This document shows positions 1 to 9,084 of a stretch of 64,000 nt of DNA, piece after piece; position 1 is the stretch's first letter, and each line of letters opens with the position of its first letter. The notes beneath the pieces are model-generated. The model was not told the DNA's origin. It searched no databases and saw nothing but the letters and a program-made list of their open reading frames with translations. The stretch spans positions 9,839-73,838 of the forward strand of contig CALLWB010000040.1 of the NCBI GenBank assembly GCA_938016265.1, given 5' to 3'. Source of the DNA: an uncultured Saprospiraceae bacterium (lineage in GTDB: Bacteria > Bacteroidota > Bacteroidia > Chitinophagales > Saprospiraceae). Position numbers and translations under genes: made by a program.

Positions 1-1
1 A

Positions 2-490
2 TTCAGCCATTCAGTTTCTGGATATACCGTTTCGCTTACCAATAATTCCACAAATGCCACTAGCTATTTCTGGGACTTTGGTGATAGCAACACGAGCACA
101 CAAATGACCCCAACATACACTTATTCCAGCAGTGGTACCTATACCGTAATCCTTACTGCCACCAACGATTGTGGTTCGACCACGTATAGCCAAACTTTCA
201 CGATCCTTATTTCTGATATTGAAGAACAACAGTTGCTGTCTGCAATTGCGGTACTTCCTAACCCCAATTCGGGCGACTTCCTGCTACAGCTATCTGGCAA
301 ACCAAACAAGCAGATAGAACTCCAGGTCTTGAATAGTATAGGGGAAAAAGTTTATCAGCAAACGGTCGATTTTTCTAGTGGCACGTTAAACACAGAGATC
401 AACCTCGGTAGAATTCCAGCTGGCACCTATATCCTTTCCGTTAGGCACGGAGAGACTATGACTTTCAAAAAAATTGCTATTATTAATTAG
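2..490 (+). CDS. 3' fragment of a secreted PKD-domain protein ending in a T9SS type-A C-terminal sorting domain (5' end outside window)
   Basis: Frame 2 is open from the window edge. The translation SGYTVSLTNNSTNATSYFWDFGDSNTSTQMTPTYTYSSSGTYTVILTATNDCGSTT is a classic PKD signature. The tail LPNPNSGDFLLQL...IPAGTYILSVRHGETMTFKKIAIIN fits the Por_Secre_tail pattern. Confidence 0.8.
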   Translation, partial: FSHSVSGYTVSLTNNSTNATSYFWDFGDSNTSTQMTPTYTYSSSGTYTVILTATNDCGSTTYSQTFTILISDIEEQQLLSAIAVLPNPNSGDFLLQLSGKPNKQIELQVLNSIGEKVYQQTVDFSSGTLNTEINLGRIPAGTYILSVRHGETMTFKKIAIIN

Positions 491-823
491 TTACAATAAC
501 TCCTATTTGACTTCCTAAATTGCGATTTTAGTCGCCGGTCGAGTTCGAACAATATTATTAATTTTGACCTTTCAATTTTAATGGGGCAGGAAGCGATAGG
601 CGACTAAAAGACGGTGATCTAGTAGGTACAAAAAAGGCCTTGATTCCAGAAACACCTCCAAACATTGCGCTATTTCAGCAATGTGCATGCTTCTTCACGT
701 CATGAAACATAATCCAAAAACCAATATGTACTTCCAGCTTACACCTTCGTAACAAATTGATTGTTAATCACTAAAATAGGTGCGAAAAAGTTTGTACCTT
801 CAAACAACATCAATTTCCAGCTC

Positions 824-3800
824 ATGACTACACTACTAAAGCCTACAATTTTAGCACTTCTGCTAATCACCTTTTCTTGTCTATATGCCCAACCATGTGA
901 CTGCACGGTCGAACAGGTAAAGAACAACACCGTTCAAGCTTGTGATTACACAGTTGGAACCATTATCAATGTGTCTACTGCATTGGAGTTTAAGCAGGCT
1001 ATCAGTCAGGCAAACAATACAGGTGGCAATGTCACCATCTTACTTGCCGATGGCGTATATCAAGTAGCAGATCCCAGCTCCTATCCGTATGTTACAGCTA
1101 GCAACATTGTCATAAGAAGCCAAAGCGGTAACCGGAATGCGGTCATCCTTGAAGGAAATGGCATGTCGCAGCAGCCATCTACGGTAAATGGTATTTTCTT
1201 TACTGGCAATAACTCCACGATTGCCGATCTGACTATTCGAAATGTAGGCAATCATGCAATTCAGGCATCTGGAGATTACCTATATGTGCACAATGTCCGG
1301 TTTGTTGATATTTTTGAGCAAATGATAAAAGGTCCTAGTTCAGGAGATGGTTCGGACGAGGGTCGTATACAATGTTCTTTATTTGAATATACCGCGGGCA
1401 TTGGCCCTCAATGGTACATCGGAGGAATTGACATCCACAAAGGAGACAACTGGATTGTACGAGACAATGTGTTTAGAGACATTGCTTCTCCTTCATTTTC
1501 TATTGCAGAACATGCCATTCATTTTAGAAACTACGGATCTAACAACACTATTGAGCGCAACGAAATTGTGAACTGTGACCGTGGTATTGGATTCGGGCTT
1601 GGTGCTGATCCGGCAGGAGTAATTGGAGGTATTATCCGAAATAATACAATCTACAATGAAGGAGTAGACCCCTACCATGATGTAGGAATTATTCTGGAGC
1701 AATCACCAGACACAAAAATCTACAATAATACCGTTCATGTCCAATATCAAAATGCTATAGAATATCGTTTTGCAAGTACAACAAACGCGGTGATTGCCAA
1801 CAACTTGACCAACAAACCTATTACTTCCAGAAATGGGGGAACTGCAAATGTATATTCCAATTATACCCAGGCACAAGCCAGCTGGTATGTCAATCCGGCC
1901 AGTGGCGATTTAAGATTATCCGGCGATCCTGCTGCTGTAGTTGATCAAGGAACAACGCTGGCAGATGTCGCTGTCGATCTGGACCAAACTGCCCGACCTC
2001 AAGGAGCGGCGCATGATCTTGGAGCACATGAATCAGGCGCTATTATTGTCCAACCGGAACCCTGTTCCTGCAACGTTACGGAAGTTAAAAACAATACAGT
2101 AGCTCCTTGCACAACTACAATTGGGACAGTAGTCAATGTCTCCACTGCAGCGCAATTCAGACAAGCAATCAATCAGGCAAACAGCAGTGGAGGGAACGTC
2201 ACTATCCTTTTGGCAGACGGGGTTTATCAAGTGGCAGATGCAAGTTCTTATCCCTATGTAACTGCCAGCAATATTGTGATCAGAAGCCAAAGTGGCAACA
2301 GAGACGCCGTTATTTTGGAAGGAGATGGGATGGTTTCACAAGCATCTACCGTCAATGGTATTTTCTTTACGGGCGACAATTCTACGATTGCTGATCTAAC
2401 TATTCGAAATGTAGGAAATCATGGCGTTCAAGTGATCGGTGATTACCTCTATATTCACAACGTCCGGTTTGTTGATATTTATGAACAAATGGTCAAAGGA
2501 GCTAGTTCAGGAGATGGTTCAGACAATGGTCGTATTCAGTGTTCTTTGTTTGAATATACCGCAGGCATTGGCCCAAACTGGTACATTGGAGGGATAGATG
2601 TGCATGAAGGAGATAATTGGATTATACGGGACAATGTATTTAGAGACATCGCTTCTCCTCACACTTCAACAGCAGAACACGCCGTTCACTTTTGGCGCAC
2701 TGGCTCCAACATTACCGTAGAGCGAAATGAGATTGTAAATTGTGATCGGGGCGTTGGTTTCGGTCTTGGGGATGATCCTGCAAATGGAATAACTGGTGGC
2801 ATCATTAGAAACAATACCATCTACAATGAAGGTGTTGATCCGTTTAATGACGTAGGAATTGGATTGGAATACGCTCCTGACATTAAAGTCTACAACAATA
2901 CCATCCACATTCAATATCAAAACGCCATCGAATATCGTTGGGCGGGTACTACCAACGTGGATATTGCCAACAATCTTACTAATCAGCAAATTCGATCCAG
3001 AAATGGCGGAGTAGCCAATGTATATTCTAATTACACGCAAGCACAGGCAGGCTGGTTTGTGAATTTGGCCAGTGGTGATTTAAGACTTTCAGGCACTCCC
3101 TCCTTGGTAATAGACCAAGGAACTACTTTAGCAGATGTCGCTGTAGACCTTGATCAAACTGTCCGACCACAAGGCGCTGGATATGACCTCGGTGCTTATG
3201 AATTAGCAACTGGTCCTGAAATCATCCGTCCGAACATCTGTCTTTGGATGGAAGGAACTTACAATAACAACAGCTTGCAAACTATCTTACTCCAAAAGGG
3301 ATTGCTTCCTGCTGGGCACCCTTACAATACCGCTCCCTGGAATCATCCTGGCACAGAAGGCCAAAACTGGACAATTGCCGACTACCCTGCCAATTCAGTA
3401 GACTGGGTGAAGGTTGGATTTCGGACAGGGATTAGTTCTGCCAGTACGGTGGCTACTGCAGCTGCAGTGGTGCAGTCGGATGGCTGTCTGATTTTTCCTG
3501 ACCCTAACTTCCTAACCTCTGATGATGGTTCCGCATTTTTTATTGTGGTGGAGCACCGAAATCATTTAGCGGTGATGTCACCTTCTGCGGTGCCGACGTC
3601 CGGGCCTGATCTAACTTATGATTTTAGAACGTCGAATAGCTATACGACTGCTTCTGGTTTTGGTCAGAAGGAAATATCCTCTGGTGTTTGGGCAATGTAT
3701 GCTGGTGATGGGGAGCAGATTTTGGACGGTACAGGTTATGATCTCAATGGTTCTGACCACACAAGCTGGCTACCGCAAAATGGATTATTCAATATTTACC

Positions 3801-3895
3801 TGCCAGGTGATTACAATTTGGATGGGGAGGTGACTGGTGCCGATAAGATTTTTTGGGATCGGAATAATGGAATTTTTTCTGGTGTTCAACGGTAG
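824..3895 (+). CDS. secreted right-handed parallel beta-helix repeat protein with two tandem ~389-aa modules and a C-terminal dockerin/EF-hand-like module
   Basis: The ORF is 761..3895 with a TTG at 761. The ATG at 824 gives the signal peptide MTTLLKPTILALLLITFSCLYAQ. Beta-helix rung motifs are present (IRNVGNH, VHNVRFVDI, ERNEIVNCDRGIGFGLG, IRNNTIYNEG, YNNTVHVQYQNAIEY). The C-terminus reads DYNLDGEVTGADKIFWDRNNG. Confidence 0.75.
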   Translation: MTTLLKPTILALLLITFSCLYAQPCDCTVEQVKNNTVQACDYTVGTIINVSTALEFKQAISQANNTGGNVTILLADGVYQVADPSSYPYVTASNIVIRSQSGNRNAVILEGNGMSQQPSTVNGIFFTGNNSTIADLTIRNVGNHAIQASGDYLYVHNVRFVDIFEQMIKGPSSGDGSDEGRIQCSLFEYTAGIGPQWYIGGIDIHKGDNWIVRDNVFRDIASPSFSIAEHAIHFRNYGSNNTIERNEIVNCDRGIGFGLGADPAGVIGGIIRNNTIYNEGVDPYHDVGIILEQSPDTKIYNNTVHVQYQNAIEYRFASTTNAVIANNLTNKPITSRNGGTANVYSNYTQAQASWYVNPASGDLRLSGDPAAVVDQGTTLADVAVDLDQTARPQGAAHDLGAHESGAIIVQPEPCSCNVTEVKNNTVAPCTTTIGTVVNVSTAAQFRQAINQANSSGGNVTILLADGVYQVADASSYPYVTASNIVIRSQSGNRDAVILEGDGMVSQASTVNGIFFTGDNSTIADLTIRNVGNHGVQVIGDYLYIHNVRFVDIYEQMVKGASSGDGSDNGRIQCSLFEYTAGIGPNWYIGGIDVHEGDNWIIRDNVFRDIASPHTSTAEHAVHFWRTGSNITVERNEIVNCDRGVGFGLGDDPANGITGGIIRNNTIYNEGVDPFNDVGIGLEYAPDIKVYNNTIHIQYQNAIEYRWAGTTNVDIANNLTNQQIRSRNGGVANVYSNYTQAQAGWFVNLASGDLRLSGTPSLVIDQGTTLADVAVDLDQTVRPQGAGYDLGAYELATGPEIIRPNICLWMEGTYNNNSLQTILLQKGLLPAGHPYNTAPWNHPGTEGQNWTIADYPANSVDWVKVGFRTGISSASTVATAAAVVQSDGCLIFPDPNFLTSDDGSAFFIVVEHRNHLAVMSPSAVPTSGPDLTYDFRTSNSYTTASGFGQKEISSGVWAMYAGDGEQILDGTGYDLNGSDHTSWLPQNGLFNIYLPGDYNLDGEVTGADKIFWDRNNGIFSGVQR
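896..3229 (+). repeat. intragenic tandem duplication, 2 x 1167 bp (389 codons)
   Basis: CDCTVEQVKNNTV starts at 896 and CSCNVTEVKNNTV starts at 2063. The two halves stay collinear to ...DLGAHESG / ...DLGAYELA, with roughly 85 percent aa identity by eye. Confidence 0.85.
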
Positions 3896-3935
3896 TGTTG
3901 TTTTTTGATGGGAATCTTGCATCTCACGTCTTTAC

Positions 3936-4655
3936 CTAGGCCTCCTGTTTTAAACGGTTAATGACTGCTTTTTTGTAGCTGGTACCGATGGGGATTTCTT
4001 TGTCCTCAATTTCAATGTCATGGGCGGTGAAGGCGGTGATTTTGGAGGTATTGACGATGTAGGAACGGTGTATTCTCAAGAAGGAATTGGGTAGTAGTTC
4101 TTCGTATCGGGAGATGGTGTCTTTGGAGATGATGGTTCTCTCAGAGGTGTGTATTCGAATGTAGTCTTTGATGCTTTCCAGGTAGAGCATTTCTTCAAAA
4201 TGGACTTTTATATTTTTTTTGTTGGAATAAACGTAGATAGAGCCTTTCCCTTTGGGGGTTGGGGTGATAGCAATCTCTTTGGTGGTAGGTGCGTCTATGG
4301 ATTTTAAGTACTTGGTAATTGATTTGAAAAAACGCTTAAAGGAAACTGGTTTCAAGAGATAGTCGACCACTTCAATTTCATAGCTTTCAAGGGCGTATTC
4401 GCGATAAGCAGTCGTTAAAATGATAGCTGGCGGTTGGGCGAGGGACTTGATAAAATCAATCCCATTTATTTCTGGCATTTCGATGTCAAGGAATACGAGG
4501 TCAACTTGCTGCTCATTTAAAACCTGAAAGGCTTGCATAGCGTCCTGGCAAGTGGTGACCAATTCTAATTGAGGCACTTGTGCAATGTAGTCGCGAAGTA
4601 CATCTATAGCAAGTGGTTCATCATCAACGATCAGGCATTTGGTGGTTTGGGGCAT
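3936..4655 (-). CDS. LytTR/AlgR-family two-component response regulator
   Basis: Receiver motifs are CLIVDDEPLA and VFLDIEMPEINGIDF. The C-terminal LytTR motifs are LYLESIKDYIRIHT and FLRIHRSYIVN. Confidence 0.9.
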   Translation of the reverse strand: MPQTTKCLIVDDEPLAIDVLRDYIAQVPQLELVTTCQDAMQAFQVLNEQQVDLVFLDIEMPEINGIDFIKSLAQPPAIILTTAYREYALESYEIEVVDYLLKPVSFKRFFKSITKYLKSIDAPTTKEIAITPTPKGKGSIYVYSNKKNIKVHFEEMLYLESIKDYIRIHTSERTIISKDTISRYEELLPNSFLRIHRSYIVNTSKITAFTAHDIEIEDKEIPIGTSYKKAVINRLKQEA

Positions 4656-4669
4656 GGGGTTTTGTTCTT

Positions 4670-5737
4670 TTAAAGGTGAATAGTTAGTACGACTTCATAT
4701 GTCTGTTCCTGATCGTTGACTTCCAGGGTATGGCGATCGGGGTAGAGCATGTCGAGTTGTTTTTTTACATTTTGAAAGCCGATTCCTTTCTTGGGTGTTT
4801 TCCGAGTTGGAGCAGGGCTGGATTTTGTGTTTTTCACAAGGAGTGTCAGCTGGTTTTGAAGGACAGATAGGTGGACCTTGATGCTTGCTTTGTGGGTAGA
4901 GGAGGCCTTGGTATGCTTGAACGCATTTTCTACCAGTGAAATAAGAATCAGTGGGGAGATTTGTGCTTCGTCGTCGTCGATATCTTGTTCTATGAATACG
5001 GTTAGTTCGTCGTTGTGGCGGAGGGCTTGGAGGTCGGTGTAATTTTCGATCAACTGCCATTCGCTGGAAACGGGGACGAGGTTTTCTTGGCATTCGTAAA
5101 TGGTATAATCGAGAATTTCTGAGAGTTTGAGAATCATCTCCGGTGTCTGGTCGGATTTACTCTTGGCCAAGGAATAAATATTATTCAACGTATTAAACAA
5201 AAAATGCGGGTTCATTTGAGCTTTCAGAAAGTTAAGTTCGGCAGATCGCTTTTCTTTTTCGAGTTCTACCACGCGGTGTTGCTGAGTAAACCGCTCCTTG
5301 GTCATTTTGATCATAAAAAACAGCAGAGCAGGCAGATACAAGGACACCATGTACACTTTCACCAGATAAATTGGATCAGAAAGTACTTCCCAAAGTGATT
5401 CATCGTAGCCATCATACCCAATGATCGGTTCGGCAATATAGATAATCGTCAATCGGGCTACTGCCGCCAACAAATAAGCCACCGCCGTTAACGTAAAGAG
5501 AAAAATCACCCAGTGCCCTCGAAACAACAGCTTTGGCAATTGCACATAAATCAAGAAATAAGCCGCCGCCATCTGGACAGGAAGCAAGACACACATATTA
5601 ACAAGGTTGTCCCTAAAATTGCCCCCAAACAAACTACCATGATAAGCCAACAGCAGCACCATTAGTATCCAAAACGCGGAATGACTCAGCAGGCGTGCTT
5701 TTAATAATCGATCAATTATGTTGTTGCTTATGGACAT
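4670..5737 (-). CDS. LytS/YehU-type membrane sensor histidine kinase
   Basis: The N-terminal half is multi-TM. The LKAQMNPHFLFNTLNNIYSL box (His_kinase PF06580 type) and a C-terminal HATPase region (LVENAFKH, GIGFQNV) are present. The gene ends 14 nt upstream of the regulator. Confidence 0.85.
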   Translation of the reverse strand: MSISNNIIDRLLKARLLSHSAFWILMVLLLAYHGSLFGGNFRDNLVNMCVLLPVQMAAAYFLIYVQLPKLLFRGHWVIFLFTLTAVAYLLAAVARLTIIYIAEPIIGYDGYDESLWEVLSDPIYLVKVYMVSLYLPALLFFMIKMTKERFTQQHRVVELEKEKRSAELNFLKAQMNPHFLFNTLNNIYSLAKSKSDQTPEMILKLSEILDYTIYECQENLVPVSSEWQLIENYTDLQALRHNDELTVFIEQDIDDDEAQISPLILISLVENAFKHTKASSTHKASIKVHLSVLQNQLTLLVKNTKSSPAPTRKTPKKGIGFQNVKKQLDMLYPDRHTLEVNDQEQTYEVVLTIHL

Positions 5738-6204
5738 ATATGTGTGTATCTATTCGCAAAATAAGCACTTTGTTTTATACTCGTGGAAAATGTCGATGAA
5801 TGGGCTGATTTTGGCAATGAATAAGTGGTTTTTGGCCTTATTCATTAGATTTTTAGTTTTGTAGTCAAAAGTTTAATCAACCTGTTGTATTTTTTGCAAC
5901 TACTCAGCCAGCCCTAACAGGGCGCCCCGTACTAAGCTGTTACATTTTCTTTTGTGGAGACTAGATAGCCTTGAGAGGGATCCTTGCATTATATAGTGTC
6001 GCGCTCTACCCTCTACAAAACCCTGATGAAACACCTAGCTAGACCAAAAACAGGCTAAACATCGACAGAATTGAAGGGTTCGGCTTCTTTTTCACATTGG
6101 TGTGAAGGATTGGTGCATATTTGTAGCGTAAAGGAAACGTATTGTCCATGCATGGAATAACTCCTTACTTTTTAAAGCGCATTCAATTAATTAAAATTAT
6201 CATC

Positions 6205-7269
6205 ATGAAAAATATATTTGTTCTTGTTCTTTCCCTGTTTTCTGCTTCTATTTTATTTGGTAAACATGGTTGTCCTGAACTAATGGACGCTATTAACAAC
6301 AATAATGAATCACTCGTAAAGTCTATGCTCCAGCATGTTGAGCCAGATTGTAGAAATTATGACAGCGATCCGCGAACACCGCTACTCCTTGCTTGTAGAA
6401 ATGGGAACGCAGCGATGGCCCTGCTGCTAATCAACGCCGGCGCAGATGTCACCGACTACCACAACGACGACGAAAGTCCACTGATGGCTGCTGCGAGCAG
6501 GGGCCTAACGGAGGTGGTGTCGCTAATGATAAAAAAGGGCGCCGATGTGAGTGAAACAGTGAGTGGTGATGGCACTCCTTTATTGACGGCTTCACGAAGT
6601 GGACATTTTGAGATTGCTGAATTGCTGATCAAAAATGGGGCAGACGTCAATTCGAAGGTTTGGGGTGATGGGACAGCGCTGACTAATGCGATTGAGCGCG
6701 GGCACCTTGATATTGCGGAATTGCTCCTGAAGAATGGGGCGGATCCAAATCTGGGGACTGCTTCTGATGGATATCCGATGTGGCTGGCGGCCAGAAATGG
6801 AGATGTGGATTTGGTCAAACTGCTGATTGTAAAGGGCGCTAATGTGAATGAAGAATTTAAGGGCGATGGGACGGCGCTGATCCAGGCGGCAAAATCGGGA
6901 AATCTTCCTATGGCGGAGGCGTTGGTCGGACTAGGAGCGGACATCGATCAGGGAGTATCTGGTGATGGAAATCCGCTAATTATGGCGGCGAAGTATGGCC
7001 ATAAAGAGGTAGTAGTTTACCTCCTAGAAAAGGGTGCCGACATCAATTTTGAGATCATGGGTGATGAGACGCCGTTGATCAATGCTTGTGAGCAGGGGCA
7101 TCTGGAGATTGTACGTCTTTTGATCCAGTGTGGTGCGGAGGTGAATCAGTCTTCACGGGATGGGTATTTTTTTAGTTCGCGGTTGCGAACGCCGCTGAAA
7201 ATGGCAAGGAAGAATGAGCATGCCGAGGTGGAGGCCTATTTATTGGAACGTGGAGCTACCAATGAGTGA
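6205..7269 (+). CDS. secreted ankyrin-repeat protein (about 9-10 ANK repeats)
   Basis: The internal ATG at 6205 gives the signal peptide MKNIFVLVLSLFSASILFG. It is followed by repeated TPLxxAxxxGHxxxxxLLxxxGADVN units. Confidence 0.85.
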   Translation: MKNIFVLVLSLFSASILFGKHGCPELMDAINNNNESLVKSMLQHVEPDCRNYDSDPRTPLLLACRNGNAAMALLLINAGADVTDYHNDDESPLMAAASRGLTEVVSLMIKKGADVSETVSGDGTPLLTASRSGHFEIAELLIKNGADVNSKVWGDGTALTNAIERGHLDIAELLLKNGADPNLGTASDGYPMWLAARNGDVDLVKLLIVKGANVNEEFKGDGTALIQAAKSGNLPMAEALVGLGADIDQGVSGDGNPLIMAAKYGHKEVVVYLLEKGADINFEIMGDETPLINACEQGHLEIVRLLIQCGAEVNQSSRDGYFFSSRLRTPLKMARKNEHAEVEAYLLERGATNE

Positions 7270-7575
7270 TGACACCTTGTACTTAGCTCCCTGACAGGGC
7301 GAAGGATAAATGCATTTTATAAAAAAAAACAAGACCACTATCTCCATGTTTTATGTCGCCTTCCAGGGCTTTTAGAAACATTAAATCATCAACCGGTGGA
7401 TTTCATCCTCCGCTATTAGATGTCGTCTGCCTGCTGCGATTCGGAAGGCAGGTCTTTTTAGGACTTTTTCTGGAACATTTCTACGTTTGCTTAAAGCAAC
7501 GAATTCGCTTGCATCGTCTTGTGGTTGGTCTCTGTTTAAAATTAAATTATTAACACTATCAAAATCAAAATAATT

Positions 7576-8712
7576 ATGAAAAAGGTAATTGCAATTCTTA
7601 TTAGCATTCTGACTCTTCTTTCTTATCCCTCTGTATCGCAGGACACTGTGGCGGAACACGATGTTTTGGACTGGATTAGTGAGCGGATAGAAGCGACGAT
7701 GGAGGAAAATCAAATTCCGGCGATTTCGGTTGGGATCATTCGGGATGGGGAGGTGGTTTTGTCTAAGGGATTTGGCGTAATGAATTGGAAGGAGGAAGCG
7801 CAGGTGGATGCCCAGTCTATCTATCAATTGGCATCATTGTCTAAGACGTTGACGGGGATTATTGCGAACCATTTGGTATTGGAGGGGACGTTGGATTTGG
7901 AGGCGTCAATCACGGTTTATTTGGACAAGGTGCTTAGTGATAAATCCAGAAAGCGATTTCAAGATATCAAATTAAAACAGTTGATGCAACATACGGCGGG
8001 GCTTCCTCGCAGCGCTTCGCTGGTTTCTAGGAAGCGGAAGGGGAACAACTATTGGATTGACGGATATTCTGAGGCGCAGTTTATTGTGGATATCAATAAG
8101 TTGTCGACAAAGCGGAAGCCTGGAGTGAAATGGGAGTATTCTAACTTCGCGTATGCAATGGTTGGTTACATTTGTGAGCAGGCAAGCGGACAGACTTATG
8201 ACGAGCTTTTAAAAAAGTACCTTACTGGCAAATATCAACTTTCTAATACGGCTTCGACTTTAGATGATCGTCAGTTGACGCTGCTGCCGACGCCTTATAT
8301 GAAGGAGGACAGAACGGTGGAAACCAAGGCGTTTGTCATGGGTAAACTCGTCCCTGCAAGTGCGGTGTATTCCAATATAAATGACCTTACTACGCTAATG
8401 ACAGCCCAGTTGGCAGCCTATCGGGAGTATGATCAACATGGGAATTATTCGCCGTTGGTGTTGACGAAAGATGTTGCCCCGATATCGGAGGAAACGAATG
8501 TCTCTTATGGGCTTGGGTTGTTTAAGGTGCCGAGTAAAAGAGCGACTATTTTTGGTCATGGTGGGGATATTGATGGGTTTGGTTCGGAATATCAGTTTTG
8601 TCCTGCGCATCATGCGGGGATTGTTTTGCTGACTTCTAGTGGTGGGCGTTGGATTGGTCCTTTGGCGGCGGAGTTGTTTGAAGGGTTGCTTGCTGATATT
8701 GTTGGGAAGTAG
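7576..8712 (+). CDS. serine hydrolase, beta-lactamase/transpeptidase-like fold
   Basis: A signal peptide is followed by the SxxK motif (ASLSKT), YxN (WEYSNFAY) and an HGG triad-like motif (FGHGGDIDGF). Confidence 0.85.
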   Translation: MKKVIAILISILTLLSYPSVSQDTVAEHDVLDWISERIEATMEENQIPAISVGIIRDGEVVLSKGFGVMNWKEEAQVDAQSIYQLASLSKTLTGIIANHLVLEGTLDLEASITVYLDKVLSDKSRKRFQDIKLKQLMQHTAGLPRSASLVSRKRKGNNYWIDGYSEAQFIVDINKLSTKRKPGVKWEYSNFAYAMVGYICEQASGQTYDELLKKYLTGKYQLSNTASTLDDRQLTLLPTPYMKEDRTVETKAFVMGKLVPASAVYSNINDLTTLMTAQLAAYREYDQHGNYSPLVLTKDVAPISEETNVSYGLGLFKVPSKRATIFGHGGDIDGFGSEYQFCPAHHAGIVLLTSSGGRWIGPLAAELFEGLLADIVGK

Positions 8713-9084
8713 GAGGCCCGTCCGCTGGCGCTGTGGAGATCGTTGCCTTTGGTTATTAAGGGAAGCGAGCCTTTTTTCTGGTTATTTTTTGATGGGAAAA
8801 ATTTCGTTTCTCCCCTCTCCTTTCGGGCTTCTTTTATTGGAGATCAACGATGACGTCTATGTTTGTTTTCAAAAATCCTGCTGTCTTCTGTTGCAGTAAC
8901 TACTCTGATGTTCATTGCCCCATTAGGACTAAGGGAGGGTTGAATAATTCCTCTCCTAGAAATATCGCTGCTGAAGTTCCTCGATCGAATCGCTCGCCAA
9001 TCTCAAAATTGATGAACCTGCTAAAGGTGGTATCTGCTAGTATATTGATTGTTGTTACCGTTGGCCGGATTTTTTGTTTTTTAG

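Noticed and set aside
761-823. N-terminal extension of the beta-helix ORF from the TTG at 761
   Set aside because: The ATG at 824 is immediately followed by a canonical signal peptide. The 21 upstream residues have no signal-like character.
4695-5093. A 132-aa Arg/Pro-rich ORF on the minus strand
   Set aside because: It lies in an alternative frame entirely inside the histidine-kinase gene. Its composition is typical of an out-of-frame artefact.
6456-6944. A 162-aa antisense ORF inside the first ankyrin gene
   Set aside because: It is a shadow ORF produced by the GC-rich repetitive ANK coding sequence. The sense frame carries clear ANK repeats and a signal peptide.
7353-7827. ORFs of 66 aa (+) and 148 aa (-) in and around the 306-bp spacer upstream of the serine hydrolase
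   Set aside because: The minus-strand ORF overlaps the well-supported hydrolase start and lacks recognisable motifs or a plausible start. The plus-strand ORF has improbable composition. A weak hairpin near 7428-7460 (CTGCCT...AGGCAG plus T-run) is not well enough supported to annotate.
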